This document shows, piece by piece, positions 27,764 through 41,817 of a DNA stretch of 64,000 nt. Within the stretch, counting starts at the first letter, position 1, and each line of letters opens with the position of its first letter. Origin of the DNA: the human T2T-CHM13v2.0 reference genome, Homo sapiens; NCBI RefSeq assembly GCF_009914755.1, contig NC_060926.1. One strand, 5' to 3'. The notes beneath the pieces were generated by a model. That model made no database searches. It was not told the origin of the DNA and saw nothing but the letters and a program-made list of their open reading frames with translations. Made by a program: the position numbers and the translations under genes.

Positions 27764-28870
27764 TCTGTTTCCACCAATAACACACCACTGATCACTGTGG
27801 CTTTGTGGCAGGCCTTAATATTGGGGAGAGTGATTCTTCCACTTAATTATTCTTTTATAAGAATTTTTTAACTAAGAACTTTGCCTTTTCATATAAATTT
27901 TAGGATAAGCTTATCTATGTCCATACAAAACCTTCTTGGAATTCTAATACGAATTGAATAAAACATATGGATTTAGAGAGAAGTGACATCTTTACTATGC
28001 TGTGTCTCCCAATCCATGAATATGTTATCTCTCTTTATCTACTTAGGTCTTTTTCTTTTCTTAAATAGCATTATAACAATTTTACATATATTAATTCTGC
28101 ATATGTTTTGTTAAGCACATACCTAAGTATGTCATTTTCATTGCAGCAATCGTAAAAGGTATAATGTGTTTAATTTTGGATTCTGCATGTTTATTTTTAG
28201 TTTAGCTTTATATGTAAGTAAAATTGATCATTTTGTGTTGATATATCCTGTAACTTTGCTGAAGTCACTTAATTAGTTCTAGGTGTTGTTTTGGAAGGTG
28301 GATTTTAAGTGGTGGATTCTTTGGGGATTTTCTGTATAGACAACCATGTCAACTGAAAATAGGAGCTATTTCTTTTCTTGTTTTTCATTCTGTATCCCTA
28401 TTATTTATTTTTCTTGCCCTATTCCTGTGGACAAAAGTTTTCATACTATGTTGAATAAGAGTGATGAGAGCTGTCATCCTTTTATGGAGAAAGCATCCAG
28501 TTTTTCCATGTAAAGCTTGGTACTCCTTCTTCATTTTGTATGGACCTGAAGCATTGCCCTAGCTAATCCAGGATACTGACTTAGTAAAGGTCGGCTGTGC
28601 CCACTCTCCCGCTGTTTCATCAAAATTTATACACAGTAAATGTTTAAGTTTTTTCCCTCCATATACCACAGCTTTCAGATTACTAAAAGGAAAAGGTGAG
28701 TCTATTGGATCTTGTACTTAGATCATAAACAGAATCTCTTTTAAGGACTCCAGGAAATTGTATGAAATCTTCACAGTTGTTCTCTTCCCTGTTAACATGG
28801 GACAATGCCCAATATACTCTGAAAATATTGAAAACATCAGGAAAATGTTATAATTATGACAAAAGTAAAT

Positions 28871-29330
28871 TGTTATGAGTTCAATTGTGTTCCTTAAAAT
28901 TATATGTTAAAGTCCCAGTCTCCAGTACCTCAAAATATGACCTTTATTTGGAATAAGGTCATTGCAAATTTACTAAGTTAAGATGAAGTCATACTGGGGT
29001 AGGGTGGGCCCTTAAACCAATAGGATTGATGTCCTTATTAGAAGAAACACAGAGACACAGACTCACTGGGGACAATGTCATGTGGCACTGGAGGCAAAGG
29101 CTGAAGTGCTGCAGCTGCAAGCCAAGGGATACAAGGATTGCCCACAAACTGCCAGAGCCAAGACGAGGTGCACAATGAGTCCCCCCTCCAGGTGTCACAG
29201 GGAGAATGGTACCATGGAAACCTTTTTTGGGGGGCTTCTAGCCTCCAGAACTGGGAGGCAATACATTTCTGTTGTTTTACTACACTCACCTTGTGGCACT
29301 TCTTCATGGAAGCCCAAGAAAACTAATAAA
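28871..29330 (+). mobile_element. MLT1B/C MaLR solo LTR
   Basis: tgttatgagttcaattgtgttcc...tatttggaataaggtcattgca...gcctccagaactg...aaactaata. Confidence 0.9.
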
Positions 29331-30186
29331 AAATTCTGACAAACTCATGGGAGGCATCCATTGCACTTTACTTACTGTTTCTAATGCCTACACTTTATCT
29401 CCTTAATCATCCTAAAAGCTTCTTGAGGATGAGTAACACATTTGAAACCACTCAAAACATCTATTACTTAACCCAGAACATATAATATGCTTCACATTTG
29501 CCTGTGGGTCCTGGAAGAATGTGTGTTCAGCCAAGGACATGGGGTCGGGAGGAAACAGAAGACAGCACTGCCCATCTCCGTCCTGGAGAATGAGAGCCAG
29601 TCAACCAGATGGAGCCTCCTTCCTCATCTCTGCAATCCACAGCCCACATCATTTCCTCAAGACCCTTCTTACCTTTTACTGATTTTCTTCTAGCTAAGAA
29701 AAATGTTATTTTTAACCCCTTCTCGCTTGCAGGTCTAATCTTGCATGCTCCAAATTCTAATTTGTGCTTCCCTTCCTGGATTCGTTTTTGCTGCTTTAAA
29801 AGAATTCCGATATTTTATAAGTAGAAATACAAAGGAAGTCCACTTTACTGATCTACTGTAAATATTAAATGACAAAAATCATATGAGGTAGCTTTTTGAG
29901 CTTATAAGTTGTTCAACAGCTGTTATCAATTGTGGCCAGCCCAAAATACCTTCATCCCTTACATTCTCAACTGCAGGACACAGGGCAGTGGGAATATGTC
30001 TTGCATGACTAGAGATGCCAGAGCCTTAGAGACTCTCTAAATGCTAGCCAAATAAAAGTCTTTCTTTTTTTTTTTTCTTTTGAGACAGGGTCTCATTCTA
30101 TCACCCAGGCTGGAGTGCAGTGGCACAATCATAGCTCAGGCTCAAGCTATCCTCCTAACTCAGCCTCCTGAGTACTGAGCAGATGA

Positions 30187-30585
<399 letters not shown>

Positions 30586-31221
30586 AAAATTTTTAATATT
30601 TGTAGAGCCAAGGTCTCAGCCCAGCCTGGTCTCAAACTCCTGGGCTCAAGCAGTCCTCTGGCCTCAGCCTCCCAAAGTGCTGGGACTACAGGAATGAGCC
30701 ACTGTACCAAGTCAAAAGTATTTCTTAATATATAGGAATCTCCTGAGAAGGCTTTGTTCTCTTCAAATTTACATATGTATATGGTAACATTAAGAGAGTA
30801 GAACAAATTAACATAAAAATCCTATATTTAATCAAAAGACCATAGTTTATCCCCCTACTTAGGAATTTTCTAAGTAGACACTAAACTGAATGAAGACACT
30901 ATAAAGCCTGTAAAGGAAGATTTCAGCAAAGGTAACTTTATTTGGGAGTTTTTTTTTTTTCTTTTTAGCCCATTGAAATCCCGAAATTCAAAGACAAATT
31001 ATATCAGCATCATCTGGAAATTTTTTAAAAAGCAGTTTGTGAGACCCTGCCTGCCACCTCCTTCCATTCCATTCTGACTTGTTAAATAGGAATACTGTCA
31101 TGGGATCTTCATTTTCAATGAATTCCCAGGCAACTCTACTACACAGACAGGAGTCTAACAAGGCCAAGTTCAGATTCTCAAAGGTGGGAATCTTACATGG
31201 CAGGCCAAGTGTTCTTATGAC

Positions 31222-31686
31222 TGTTAAAGAAAAACTTATTCAGTGATTATTGTTAAAGCACAGTAAGGAAGACTTTATTCAGGATCATTGTGATACATAT
31301 GGGAGCCACTGCAATGGGATCTTGCAATGGGAGAGAGAGATCAGGTTCAACTGCAAATACAACATAGACAAGTGGAAATTTGTAGCCACTTGTCTATGTG
31401 TAGCTAGAGAGGAGCCAGATGCAGGTCGGTGGATACAAGATTACTAAAAGAGGTAAAGGGGATTTTGGTTAGACAGACCTGAGAACATTCTGGTTGAAAA
31501 CAGACCTGAGTGGTGGTACGTCACCTGGGGGATGGTGAGGATTAGGAAACTGATCAAATATCAAGGATGGGAAGTACTTGCTAAACTGACATAACAGAGT
31601 TCTTTGCTGTTTTATAAGGAAGTGGACAGATAGGCATAGGACAAGATTCAAGAGCCTGAGTCAAATTGGCCAAAGAATCTTTGTCA
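31222..31686 (-). mobile_element. MER31-like ERV1 solo LTR
   Basis: tgttaaagaaaaacttattcagtgat...aaggaagactttattcagga...tcacctgggggatggtg...aaagaatctttgtca; TG...CA termini. Confidence 0.82.
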
Positions 31687-33329
31687 TGGGTAGGGACAAA
31701 ATTCAGGGCACATGGAGATCTGGGGTGAGTACAAGGAGGACACAAAGATCTTAGTGAAGGGCCTCAAAACAGAATATTAAAGAGACCAAAAAACTCTTTT
31801 TCTATTTTATAGAATCATAATATTCAAAACGCTCACCTGGTCTGAACATGCTTTAGAGGAGGGCCCTGTGCAGTGACTTCTGCCTTTCTTTGCTTTCTTT
31901 TCCAAAACTACCTCTAAAGGCAAAGCTGTAAAATTCGGGGTTTGAGGTCTGACCCTCTGCTGGAATTAATTTTCCTGGGCAAATATTCCCCAATAAATCA
32001 CAAATAATTTATTAAGCTCAGAAGGAAAATAACTTAAGGAGATGAAGGTGTAAAGTTTAATTTTTTTTTAACAACAAAAAAATCTCATCTCTTTTTTGTG
32101 AACACCAAATTTTCTGTGTAAGAAAAAGACATAACGCATATGCATGGAAATCAATACATCCATATTGTAGTCAAACAGTGCCGATGGAACTAACAAATGC
32201 ATAATCAGTCTAGCCCATTCCTTTGAAAATAAATTGATTTTTCAGCACTTTTCCCCAAACTCCAGTTGCTTTGAAAACAAAAATCATTTTCTTTCTTTCT
32301 GACAACGGTGCATTTTAAATGTGAGCATTTTCTCATCTAATGATTGTTTTTGTGGGTTTCTCCCACTGATTGGACATATCTAATTATCCAAATAGCTATC
32401 TAAATAGAATATACTTTCAGTTGTGCCTTTAAAGTGTAGCTTGAGGAGATGTAGTTTTCTGTGACCTTTAAACCACAGCCACCTTCCTCTACTCAGCTCT
32501 GAATGAAATATGGCACCACAAACAATCTCGACTCCAGCACTTATGGATTGTTATTGAAATCTACATGTTATAATTTTTTAATTGCCAAATGCGGCAGCTA
32601 CATGGCCATAAAAGGTGATTGAAAGTGTTTGTACAAGATGTAAAACTGGTTGTTTTCCTCCTGTAATAGGATATGAACCCAGATTTATCACTGATGCTTC
32701 TTTTCTGTTGACATTTTTATGAAAATGGAGTTTGGGAGACTTTGCCCCACTTTGTTCAGCCTTGACTGGAGACCTTACTGTAGTGTTTGTCACCGATGTG
32801 TTACCCACTTTTTGAAAATCATCCTAGATGGAAGTATGATCATTTATATAAAATCCTCTAGTGTGACTTTATGGTGAGGATCTGACTCAGTTGGCTATTC
32901 AGATATATTATATTTGTTAATTATTTTGTACATATAGTTTTGCCAAAACCCACTATTTCACTAAGCACTTGAATTGCAATCGTTTTTCTCTTCCTTCATG
33001 TGTAACTGATATAATAATTGCCCTTAAAAGTACTGTATTTGACATACTATACATAAATAAGTGAATATGGGACTATATAAGTATTGCTTTATGATACTGT
33101 AATTGGGATATTACTACATCGTCTTCATTTTGAACCAAAGGATCTGAATTGAATTTCAGTTTTTGGGTTGTGTAATTTTAAGGACTGAAATGTATAGCAA
33201 TAATAACAACCTTCTGATTTTTTAAGCAGCTTCCTCTGATGGCATTCTTTTCCTTTCACTTGGATGCCAGCCTCACCAGCCTTCTCTAAGTTCTTTGCAA
33301 AAGTCAAACTCCTCTGGCCATAGAAAAAC

Positions 33330-34270
33330 CCTATGCAAATGTGCAAATGTTGTTTCTTTTACTCAGAATGCCTACCCTACTCCTACAAACCACCTTCTAC
33401 ACTTCACTTAATTAATTTCTACTCAGCTATAGATTTAAGCTCACATGTGATTTTCTCAGGAAACCTTTCTCTCGTGTCCATAACCACATAGTCCATCTCA
33501 CTAAGTCTTCTCCGTAAACAGCACTTGTCACAATTTCACATAGTTTGCATGAGATTTTGAGGCCAGGGTGAAAATGGAATGGCTGGACCTAACCAGCAGG
33601 GACTTAAATGCATAAATTTTATTTGCCATTGGTGATTTTCAACAGAGATATGGCATGACAGATTTATCTTTTAGAGGGATCACTCTGGCAGCAATAAATA
33701 GTAGACAAGATGTGATTTATTTAAGAAACACTAGAGTAACTTGGGGATTAAGATTTGGTGTTAAACTTGATATGGCTAAAGGGACAAGAAGTGTGAGGCA
33801 ACCTGTGGTTTTCTGGCTGGGCGACTGGGTAAATGGTCAGGTGCTCAGACAAGAAACAATGCAAATGAGGATGGACAGAAACAGGTAATTGTTCTGTCTA
33901 AAGCAGGATGAGCCTGAGGTCTCTGCAAATTAGCCAAATGGATGTAAAGATCAGATATAGATATGTAAAAGTCATCAACACAATTAATTGGTAGTCTAAA
34001 TTGTGAGAGCTTTTGCGCTCGTCCAGAAAAAAAAAAAAAAGATGAACAAAAAGATGAACATTAAGACAGCCATGAGTAGAGTGTAGAGAATCCATAAATA
34101 CAGAGGTAAAGAGAGAAAAAGGACTGTGGAATATAGGCTGAGACCTCCAGAGGGTATGTTGCCAAAGCTGTTAGGATAATGGATTTCCAAGAAAGATCAA
34201 GATCAAGGGACAAACAGTAGCTCAGGGAGAAGACAGACAGGTTCAGTGAAATAAATGATGCAACATATTT
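33330..34270. mobile_element. Degenerate L2 fragments (both orientations)
   Basis: e.g. gatcactctggcagca, ttttctggctgggcgactgggtaaatgg, gactgtggaatataggctgagacc. Confidence 0.5.
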
Positions 34271-34289
34271 ATTGGACAAGGCCTAGTTT

Positions 34290-34530
34290 CAGTAGCAATG
34301 TAAGGTAAACATGGTTAACAATAATTTAGTGTATATTTTTAAAAAGCTACAAGAGAGAACTTTGAATGTTCATATCACAAAGAAATGATAAATGTTCAAG
34401 GTGATGACTATGCTATGCCAAATGCCCTGATTTGATCCTTACACATTGCGTACATAGATTGACATATCACTCTATATCTCATAAATATATATAATTATTA
34501 TGTGTCACCTAAAAATAAAAGGAAAAAAAT
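34290..34530 (+). mobile_element. L1MA 3' end
   Basis: gttaacaataatttagtgtata...cacaaagaaatgataaatgttcaaggtgatg...ccctgatttgatc...aaaaataaaa. Confidence 0.85.
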
Positions 34531-35392
34531 ATATTTCTAAGAGTAGTGTTTGGGGATTGGTGAGAGGCAGAAGCCCAACAATACAGACAAGGTCAAGTTC
34601 CTTTGCTCCGGGTGTCCCAAGCACCAGTACAGTGGGTAGTGTAGGTTGTCCCATGATATAAGAAGCTCTGATAGGCATTTTTATTATTTTTTAATTTTGG
34701 ATATATGGGACATACGGTTATTGCACAGATCAAGGAACTGAGACATAAAAAAATGTAAGGAGTTTCTCCAGGATCACATGACAAGTAACTAGCAGAGGCC
34801 TCAGCTTGGCTCTGTTATGGAACTCCAAGGAGCAGCACATTTCTCCTTCCCCCTCAATGACATGGCCATTCTAGTAATCACATGGAGCTCTGGAGACAGC
34901 CAATTGCCTTTCCAGTCTCAGCAGATTTCACTGTCCTCTTGACTATGTTGGTACCTGGAAGTTGACTTGACACAGAATCAAGCCATAAATAAAGAGAAAA
35001 CCTTCCGGTGAGATTTTGTGAATATCATTACAATGTTTTCCTAAAAAATATTCTACACATTGACAACTCCTTATCACTACTGCAGCTCCTATTCTGCTGT
35101 GAGCAGCTGATATTATTAGCAAAAAGGCAGGGAATGAAGATTTCCATAACTGCATTTCAAGGGATCTGTTAAAACTTTTAACATCTTCATTAAGAGATCT
35201 GCCTTTTCAAGACTATCTCAACCACCAGTTTTCCAGCTGGACATTCAGAGTTTTAAATGTCCAGTGATATTAGTTCCATATCGCTACTTCTCTCACATCT
35301 AACATTTTACACAAAAAGACTAGATTTCACATAAATTCCTACAGCAGGGATATGGAAGACAAAGGAAAGCAAATGCAGGATGCAGATGCTAA

Positions 35393-35490
35393 AATCTGTT
35401 CAACAAACCACCATGACACACGTTTGTCTATGTAACAAACCTTCACATGTACCCCTGAACTTAAAATAAAAGTATGAAAAAAAGAAAAAT
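35393..35490 (+). mobile_element. L1PA/PB extreme 3' end
   Basis: caacaaaccaccatgacacacgtttgtctatgtaacaaaccttcacatgtacccctgaacttaaaataaaag. Confidence 0.85.
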
Positions 35491-35491
35491 T

Positions 35492-35785
35492 GGCCAGGTG
35501 ATGTGGCTCCCGCCTGTAATCCCAGCACTTTGGGAGGCCAAGGCAGGTGGATCACCAGAGGTCGGCAGTTCGAGATCAGCCTGATCAACATGGAGAAACC
35601 CCGTCTCTACTAAAAATACAAAATTAGCCGAGCGTGGTGGCTCATGCATGTAATCCCAGCTACTCAGGAGGCTGAGGCAGGAGAATCGCTCTAACCTGGG
35701 AGGCAGAGGTTTCGGTGAGCCAAGATCATGCCATTGCACTCCAGCCTGGGCAACAAGAGCAAAACTGTCCAAAATAAAAAAAAGA
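35492..35785 (+). mobile_element. AluSp inserted in the L1 tail
   Basis: Sp diagnostics gaggtcgg, aacatggagaaaccc, caacaagagcaaaact. Confidence 0.92.
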
Positions 35786-35998
35786 AAAAAGAAAAGGAAA
35801 AAGGAAAGAAAAGGAAAAAGGAAAGAAAAGGAAAAAGGAAAGGAAAGGAAAAGAAAGGAAAGGAAAGGAGAAAGGAAAGGAAAGGGGAAAGGAAAGGAAA
35901 GGAGAAAGGAAAAGAAAGGAGAAAGGAAAGGAAAGGAGAAAGGAAAGGAAAGAAGAAAGGAAAGGAAAGGAGAAAGGAAAGGAAAGGAAAGGGAAAAA
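35771..35998. repeat. (GGAAA/GAAAA)n polypurine tract derived from the Alu tail
   Basis: About 225 bp of nearly pure A/G. Confidence 0.95.
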
Positions 35999-36566
35999 TT
36001 TACTGAAATTTTGCTCATCATAACAAAACTTTGGAGATACTTTAAATGTCTTTCAATAATAGACTGATTGCATAAATTAAGCCACACACATACCAGTCAG
36101 TGTGCATATACTCACATCTATCACATACACACAAGCATACACACTGGAATACAAAGAAACCATTAAAAATACCTATACCTTGTTAAATTTTTAAAATGCA
36201 AATTGTAAAGCTCATGTAGAACTAATATTATTTTGTAAAATTATATACATATGTATATATGTGCCTAGAGATGTCTCTAAATAGAATCTCATGAAAATGT
36301 GAGCTTTACTGAGCTCTGCCTAATACAATTTGAGGCAATTTTTAGTTTTTTTCACGGTATTTTTTGGTATAGTTTGAATCATTTAGAAAAGTATATGCCA
36401 TGTTTACAGAAACAATAAGATGGTTTTTACATAAAACATATTTTTAAAAAAGACTTTGTGAGTGAGAAGCACTTTCAGAATGTTAGAGTAAGGACCACCA
36501 AAAATCTGATCATCCATGAAAGCAATAAAGACAGTGGCAACAATTGTCCATTAAAAAATCAACTTT

Positions 36567-37621
36567 AAAAATTATTGATTTATGTGTTTAACTTGCAAGT
36601 AAAAATTACATATATAGTTATATATAATTATATAGCTATACATATATATATGGTATACAACATGCTTTCTTGACATATGTATACATTGTGGAAAGGCAAT
36701 ACCAAGCTATTTTACAAATACATCCTTCACATACTTCTCATCTTTTGTGTATGGTAACAATACTTAAAATCTACTGTCTTAGAAATTTTCAGATATACTC
36801 TATTTTGTTACAAACTGCAGTCACTGTGATGTACAATAGATCTCTTGAAGTTATTCCCACTAAGTGAAATTTCGTACCCTTTAACCAACATCTCCCTATT
36901 CCCACTACCGCAGCCTATGGTAACTATCACTTTACTCTGTCTCTGAGTTTGACTTTTTGACACTCCATATATAAGTGAAATGGTGCAGTATTTGTCTTTC
37001 CGTGCTTGGTCTATTTCACTTAGTATAATGTCCTCCAGTTTCATCCATGCTGTAGAAAATGTCAGGATTTCCTTCTTTTTAAAGGCTGAATTGCATTCCT
37101 TTGTGTACATTTACCACATTTTCTTTATCAATTTACCTGTTGATGGACACTTAGGTTGGTTCCATATCTTGATTGTTTTGAATAATACTGCAATGAATAT
37201 GGGAGTGTGGATATCCCTTTAAAATACTGATTTCATATCCTTTCAAAATAAATCCCATAGTGAGATTGCTGGATCATATAATAGTCCTATTTTTAATTCT
37301 TTGAGGAACCACCATACTGTTTTCCATAATGCCTGTGTTTATTTGCCTTCCAACCAACAGTGCACAAAGGTTCCCTTTTTTCTACACCCTTTCAAACACT
37401 TGTTATCTTTTGTCATATTTATAACAGCCATTCTAATACAATTGAGATGAAATCTTATTATCTCATTATAATTTTAATTTTCATTTCCCTGTTATTAGTG
37501 AGAAGCATTTTTTTTTCACATACCTTTTGGCCATTGGTATGCCTTTTTTAGAGAAATGTCTACGCAGATCTTTTGTCCATTTTTTTAACTGGATTATTTG
37601 TTTTCTTACTATTGAGTTGTC
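36567..37621 (-). mobile_element. L1MA 3' fragment nested in the L1MB
   Basis: Minus-strand translation KKKEILTFSTAWMKLEDIILSEIDQARKDKYC matches the L1 ORF2 C-terminus; TSD aaaat(c/t)aacttt at 36555-36566 and 37622-37633. Confidence 0.9.
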
Positions 37622-38007
37622 AAAATTAACTTTCTCAGAACTCTGCAAATTAACAAAAGACTTGAAACAACCTAAGGAGTGTTTGTTCAAAACAAGTGGC
37701 TGAGTCTCAGTGAGCTTTATCATCTTTCAGCTCATCTCATTCCCATCTTACTCTCCCCAACTACTCAGTCACCTTGAAAACCAACAGCCTCTCAGTTATG
37801 GTGAAAACTAGCAGCCTGGTGGCAACTGTCATGGACAGAGGGATGTGGAGCTCCAAAAAAGTTTTATTATCAGAAAATTGTCATTATTTGACCTAACTGG
37901 CAGCTCCTTGGAAATCCCCAACACACACGCACATACACAAGATCGTGTTTATTTGATTTTACTTAGAACTGACTGTTGCTCAGTGACAACAGCTACTTCT
38001 CCACGGT

Positions 38008-38073
38008 GTATATATATATACATATATATATACACACACACATATATATATACATATATATATGTATATATAT
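38008..38073. repeat. (TA)n/(CA)n microsatellite
   Basis: Direct read. Confidence 0.9.
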
Positions 38074-40955
38074 TTGGCAATATAAGAGGCAATTATTTAA
38101 CATGAGAGCTGCCTGAGTTGATGATAAAAATTGGATCAAACAAAAGCATGACTAACAACTTAGAAGGCGAGCCAGAGAAAGAGCTATTCATAGGAAACTT
38201 TGGAAAGCTCCAACATATTTCTGAAAATCTAGAAGGCCAGGCACATGCATAGGTTGCTTGCATGCCTGGGAGAAGGCCCTAAGTCTCACCAGAGTGACTT
38301 TAAAGTTCTTTGCAAGTAGGAAGTGAATTCTAAGGCAGGATTCTAAACCACCAGTGTTGCAGTTTGCCCCAATATGCACACAAAGGCTCTAAGCAAATGA
38401 TGAGAGATTGAGTCAAGTGAGACTTTTAACAAAATCTCTGTCCAGTAATTTGCTGTCACCTAAGTTAACTGAGTAGAGACTAGAGTGGCCACACATGAAA
38501 AAGAATACAGGCTTTACAGAATTGACTCAAAAGTCACTTTAAAAAAAAGCAACAATAACAAATCCTGGAGATAGGGAGGAATTTTGATTTCCAGACTTGC
38601 CAAATTACACTATTTAAATGTCTATTTTTCAACAAAAATCATGAGACAGGCAAGAAACAGGAAATGCTGGTATAAACACTAATGTTAATATCAGGAGCAA
38701 GACAAGATTATCCACTCTCATTTCTATTCAACAAAAGACAATAAAATAAATAAATATTGGAAAGGAGAATCAAAACTGTCTTTACTTGCAGATAGGTCCG
38801 TATATAAGACATGATCTTACATATACAGAAAATGTTAGTGAGCATAAAACAACCTGTTGGAACTTAATAAATGAATTCAGTAAGGCTGCAGGATAAAAGA
38901 TCAATATACAAAAACCAATTGTATTTCCATACACAAGCAATAAACAACCAAAAATGAATTTTTAAAAATAGTTGCATTTACAATATATCTAAAAAGATGA
39001 AACACTTGATAATACATTTCACAAGTACAAGACTTGTACAATGAAGACTACAAAATAGTGTTGAAATAAATAAGACCTAAATAACTGGAGATATCCCATA
39101 TTTATGGATCATAAGAATATTGTTAAGATGTCAATTATCCAAAACAAATCTACAGATTCAACACAATCCCTATCAAAATCTCAGCTGATCTTCTCATACA
39201 GAGTAACCTATCTATATAGAAAAAAATATGAAAATGCAATGGACCCAAAATAGCCAGAACAATCTTGAAAAACAATATATTTAGACAACCCACACAACCT
39301 GATTTTAAAACTTAAAAAGCTGAAAAGCTACAATAACCAAGAAAGTGTGGTACTTGTATAAGGCTATATAAATATAGTCAAATATAATTTGGAAGCCAGA
39401 AATAAACTACTATATAATGGTCAATTGATTTTAAACAAGGATATCAAGGCAATTAAATGGGGAAAAATAGTCTTTTTAAGAAATAGTGTTGAGACAAGTA
39501 GATATTTACTTAGAAATCAATGAAGCTGAACCCCCACCTTAAGTCATATGCAGAAATAACTCAAAATGGCTCATAGACATAAATGTCAATGCAAAATTTA
39601 AAGTACAATTTTAGAAAAAACAAAAACATAGCTGTAAATTGTTGTGACCTCAGATTAGGCAATAATTTCTTAATGAATGATAGATATCAAATGCCCAAGT
39701 GACCCAAAAGAAGTAGATCAATTAGGTTTGATTAAAATGTTTTGAAAAACTGTGCTGCACAATCAGGAAAGTAAAAAACAACCTACAGAATGAGAGAAAG
39801 TATATGCAAATCATACACTTGGTAAGGATAAGGTATCAAGAAAAAAACAGGTTACATTTCTATCTAGATGGACACTCCCAGCTGATGAACTCATTAGCCA
39901 AAAGATAATTGCAAGTAACCCAGTTAAGCAACGAGTAAAGTATTTGAATAGACAGCTCTTCAAAGAAGATATACAAATGACCAACGATCGCAAGAAAAGA
40001 TTCTCAATACCATTTTATTAGTCATTAGGGAAATGCAAATCAAAATCACAGTGAGCTATCTCTTCACAATCACCATAGCGACTAAAATAAAAAAGATGAC
40101 ACTATATGATATGAAAGATGTGGAGAAATTGGAAGCCTCAAATATTCCTGTTGGAATTGTAAAATTGTGCAGCCATTTTAGAAAACAGTTCAACAATTTC
40201 TGAAAATGTCAAGAACAGGGTGTTATCATATCACGTACCAATTTCACTCCTAGACTTACACCTGAGAGAATTGAAAGTATATGTTTATACAAACCCTGTA
40301 CACGAATGTTCCTAACAGCATTATTCTTAACAGTTAAAAGTAGAAAAACCCAAATGCCTATCAACTAATAAATACTTAAATAAAATATGATCTATCCATA
40401 CCATAGAATGTTATTTAGTAATAAAAAGGAATGAAGCACTGATACACACTGCAACATGAGCCAACGTTGAAAATATTATGCTAAAGGACAGAAGCCACGT
40501 ATGGGACATGCAATGAATGATCTCATTTATATTGAATGGCCAGAATAGGCAAGTCTCTAGATACACAATGTAGATCACTGGTTTCCAGGAGATGGAGGAA
40601 GGGGTAAGTTGGGAATGTATGCCAACGTGTACAGGCTTCTTTCTGGAATGATGAGAATGTTCCGAAATTTGATAGTGGTGATGGTTGTCCACTTCTGTGA
40701 ATACACTAAAAACCATTGAATCATACACTTTAAAAGGGTGAACTTCAGGGTATGTGAATTATATTTCAATAAAACTGTTATTGGGGAAAAAAGATGGTGC
40801 GATGGGCACTCTCTGGATCAAGGAACAGAAGAAAGACACTGCAATCCTTGTTACAACAGAGTGACATGGAAATGGGCTGGTGATGGGAGTTTCCTTCAGA
40901 AGCTTCACCTCAAATCTGTCTGACATTAGGCAATAATACGGTCCTTATTTGCTCA

Positions 40956-41205
40956 AAAATAAATTTTCAGTGATACGCATCTTATCTTTACCCTTTAGGT
41001 TTTTCTGGGTAACATTTTACAGTAATCCACATGGTCCTCTTTTGCTGCCTGATCTCTCACATTCTTTCCTAAGTTATTGTGGGGGGCCCTGCAAAACACA
41101 AGCATTGAACAGGAAAGTTGTTCTTAAGCACAATCTTGATATTATACTTTTTTATCTGTAATTGCAAATTCAGCATAAATCTCTGTTTTATCACACTAAT
41201 GATTA
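40956..41205 (+). repeat. Left arm of a ~250-bp inverted repeat
   Basis: Reverse complement of 41818-42068 with about 6 substitutions and 2 small indels. Confidence 0.97.
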
Positions 41206-41817
41206 TTATAATTTGCTTATTTTAAACCCGATTATTTTTCAATTAGAAACTCAAATGATTTCCCAAGTTCCTACGTTCACCCTTAAATGGCAGAGGCACT
41301 CCACATAGACAATTTCAGTTACAATTTAAAATACTGTGTAATGAGGATTTTTAAATGTTAATTAAAATATTGTGATAAGAAAACCAAACTTATTAACGAT
41401 AAGATGATAAATATCCAATTATTTCTTGACAAAAATCTCTACCAGCTGCTTTTAATATTTCATGAATATGTGAAAGAAACAGAATAGAGGAGTTTTTTAA
41501 GACTTTTTTAGAACTTTTGGTAATTTCCCTCTATCCTCCAAAAACTGACAGTTCATTCACAATCTGCTTGGTCCTGTTATTAGCAGGTTAAGCAGGGAAA
41601 GGACTTTGAGGCTGTAGAAACAATATATGTAAGGGGACTGAGGACAAGGATGAAAACAACTCCAGAGAACTCAGATTCGTTCAGTATAATTGGGATCCAA
41701 GTTATATAAAGAAAAGCACCATGTACCTTATTATTTATCTCATTTAACCCTTTAATAAAACCTGTAAGCTTGACATGATACATGTACACTAAATACATGT
41801 ACATTATACATGCACAT

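Larger units (their letters stand above)
25376..28515 (-). mobile_element. L1MC-type element (3' UTR and ORF2 3' part), interrupted by an LTR that carries an Alu
   Basis: L1 antisense motifs throughout; minus-strand translation ...QLMFDKSAKAIQWKKDSFFNK is L1 ORF2-like; L1 sequence resumes after 27765. Confidence 0.88.
36455..40792 (+). mobile_element. L1MB-type element: 5' region, large internal deletion, ORF2 3' half and 3' UTR
   Basis: 5'-region-like sequence 36455-36566 and 37622-38670; ORF2 motifs from ~38680 (tctacagattcaacacaatccctatcaaaat); L1MB-type end gtatgtgaattatatttcaataaaactgtt. Confidence 0.8.

Noticed and set aside
25348-28540. Similar flanks (tactcttcttcc / tactccttcttc) as TSD of the L1MC element
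   Set aside because: Short, low-complexity and imperfect; plausible but not supportable.
35461-36087. Longest ORF (208 aa, minus strand)
   Set aside because: Antisense AluSp plus the (TTTCC)n tract; F/S/L low complexity and the classic Alu-derived peptide.
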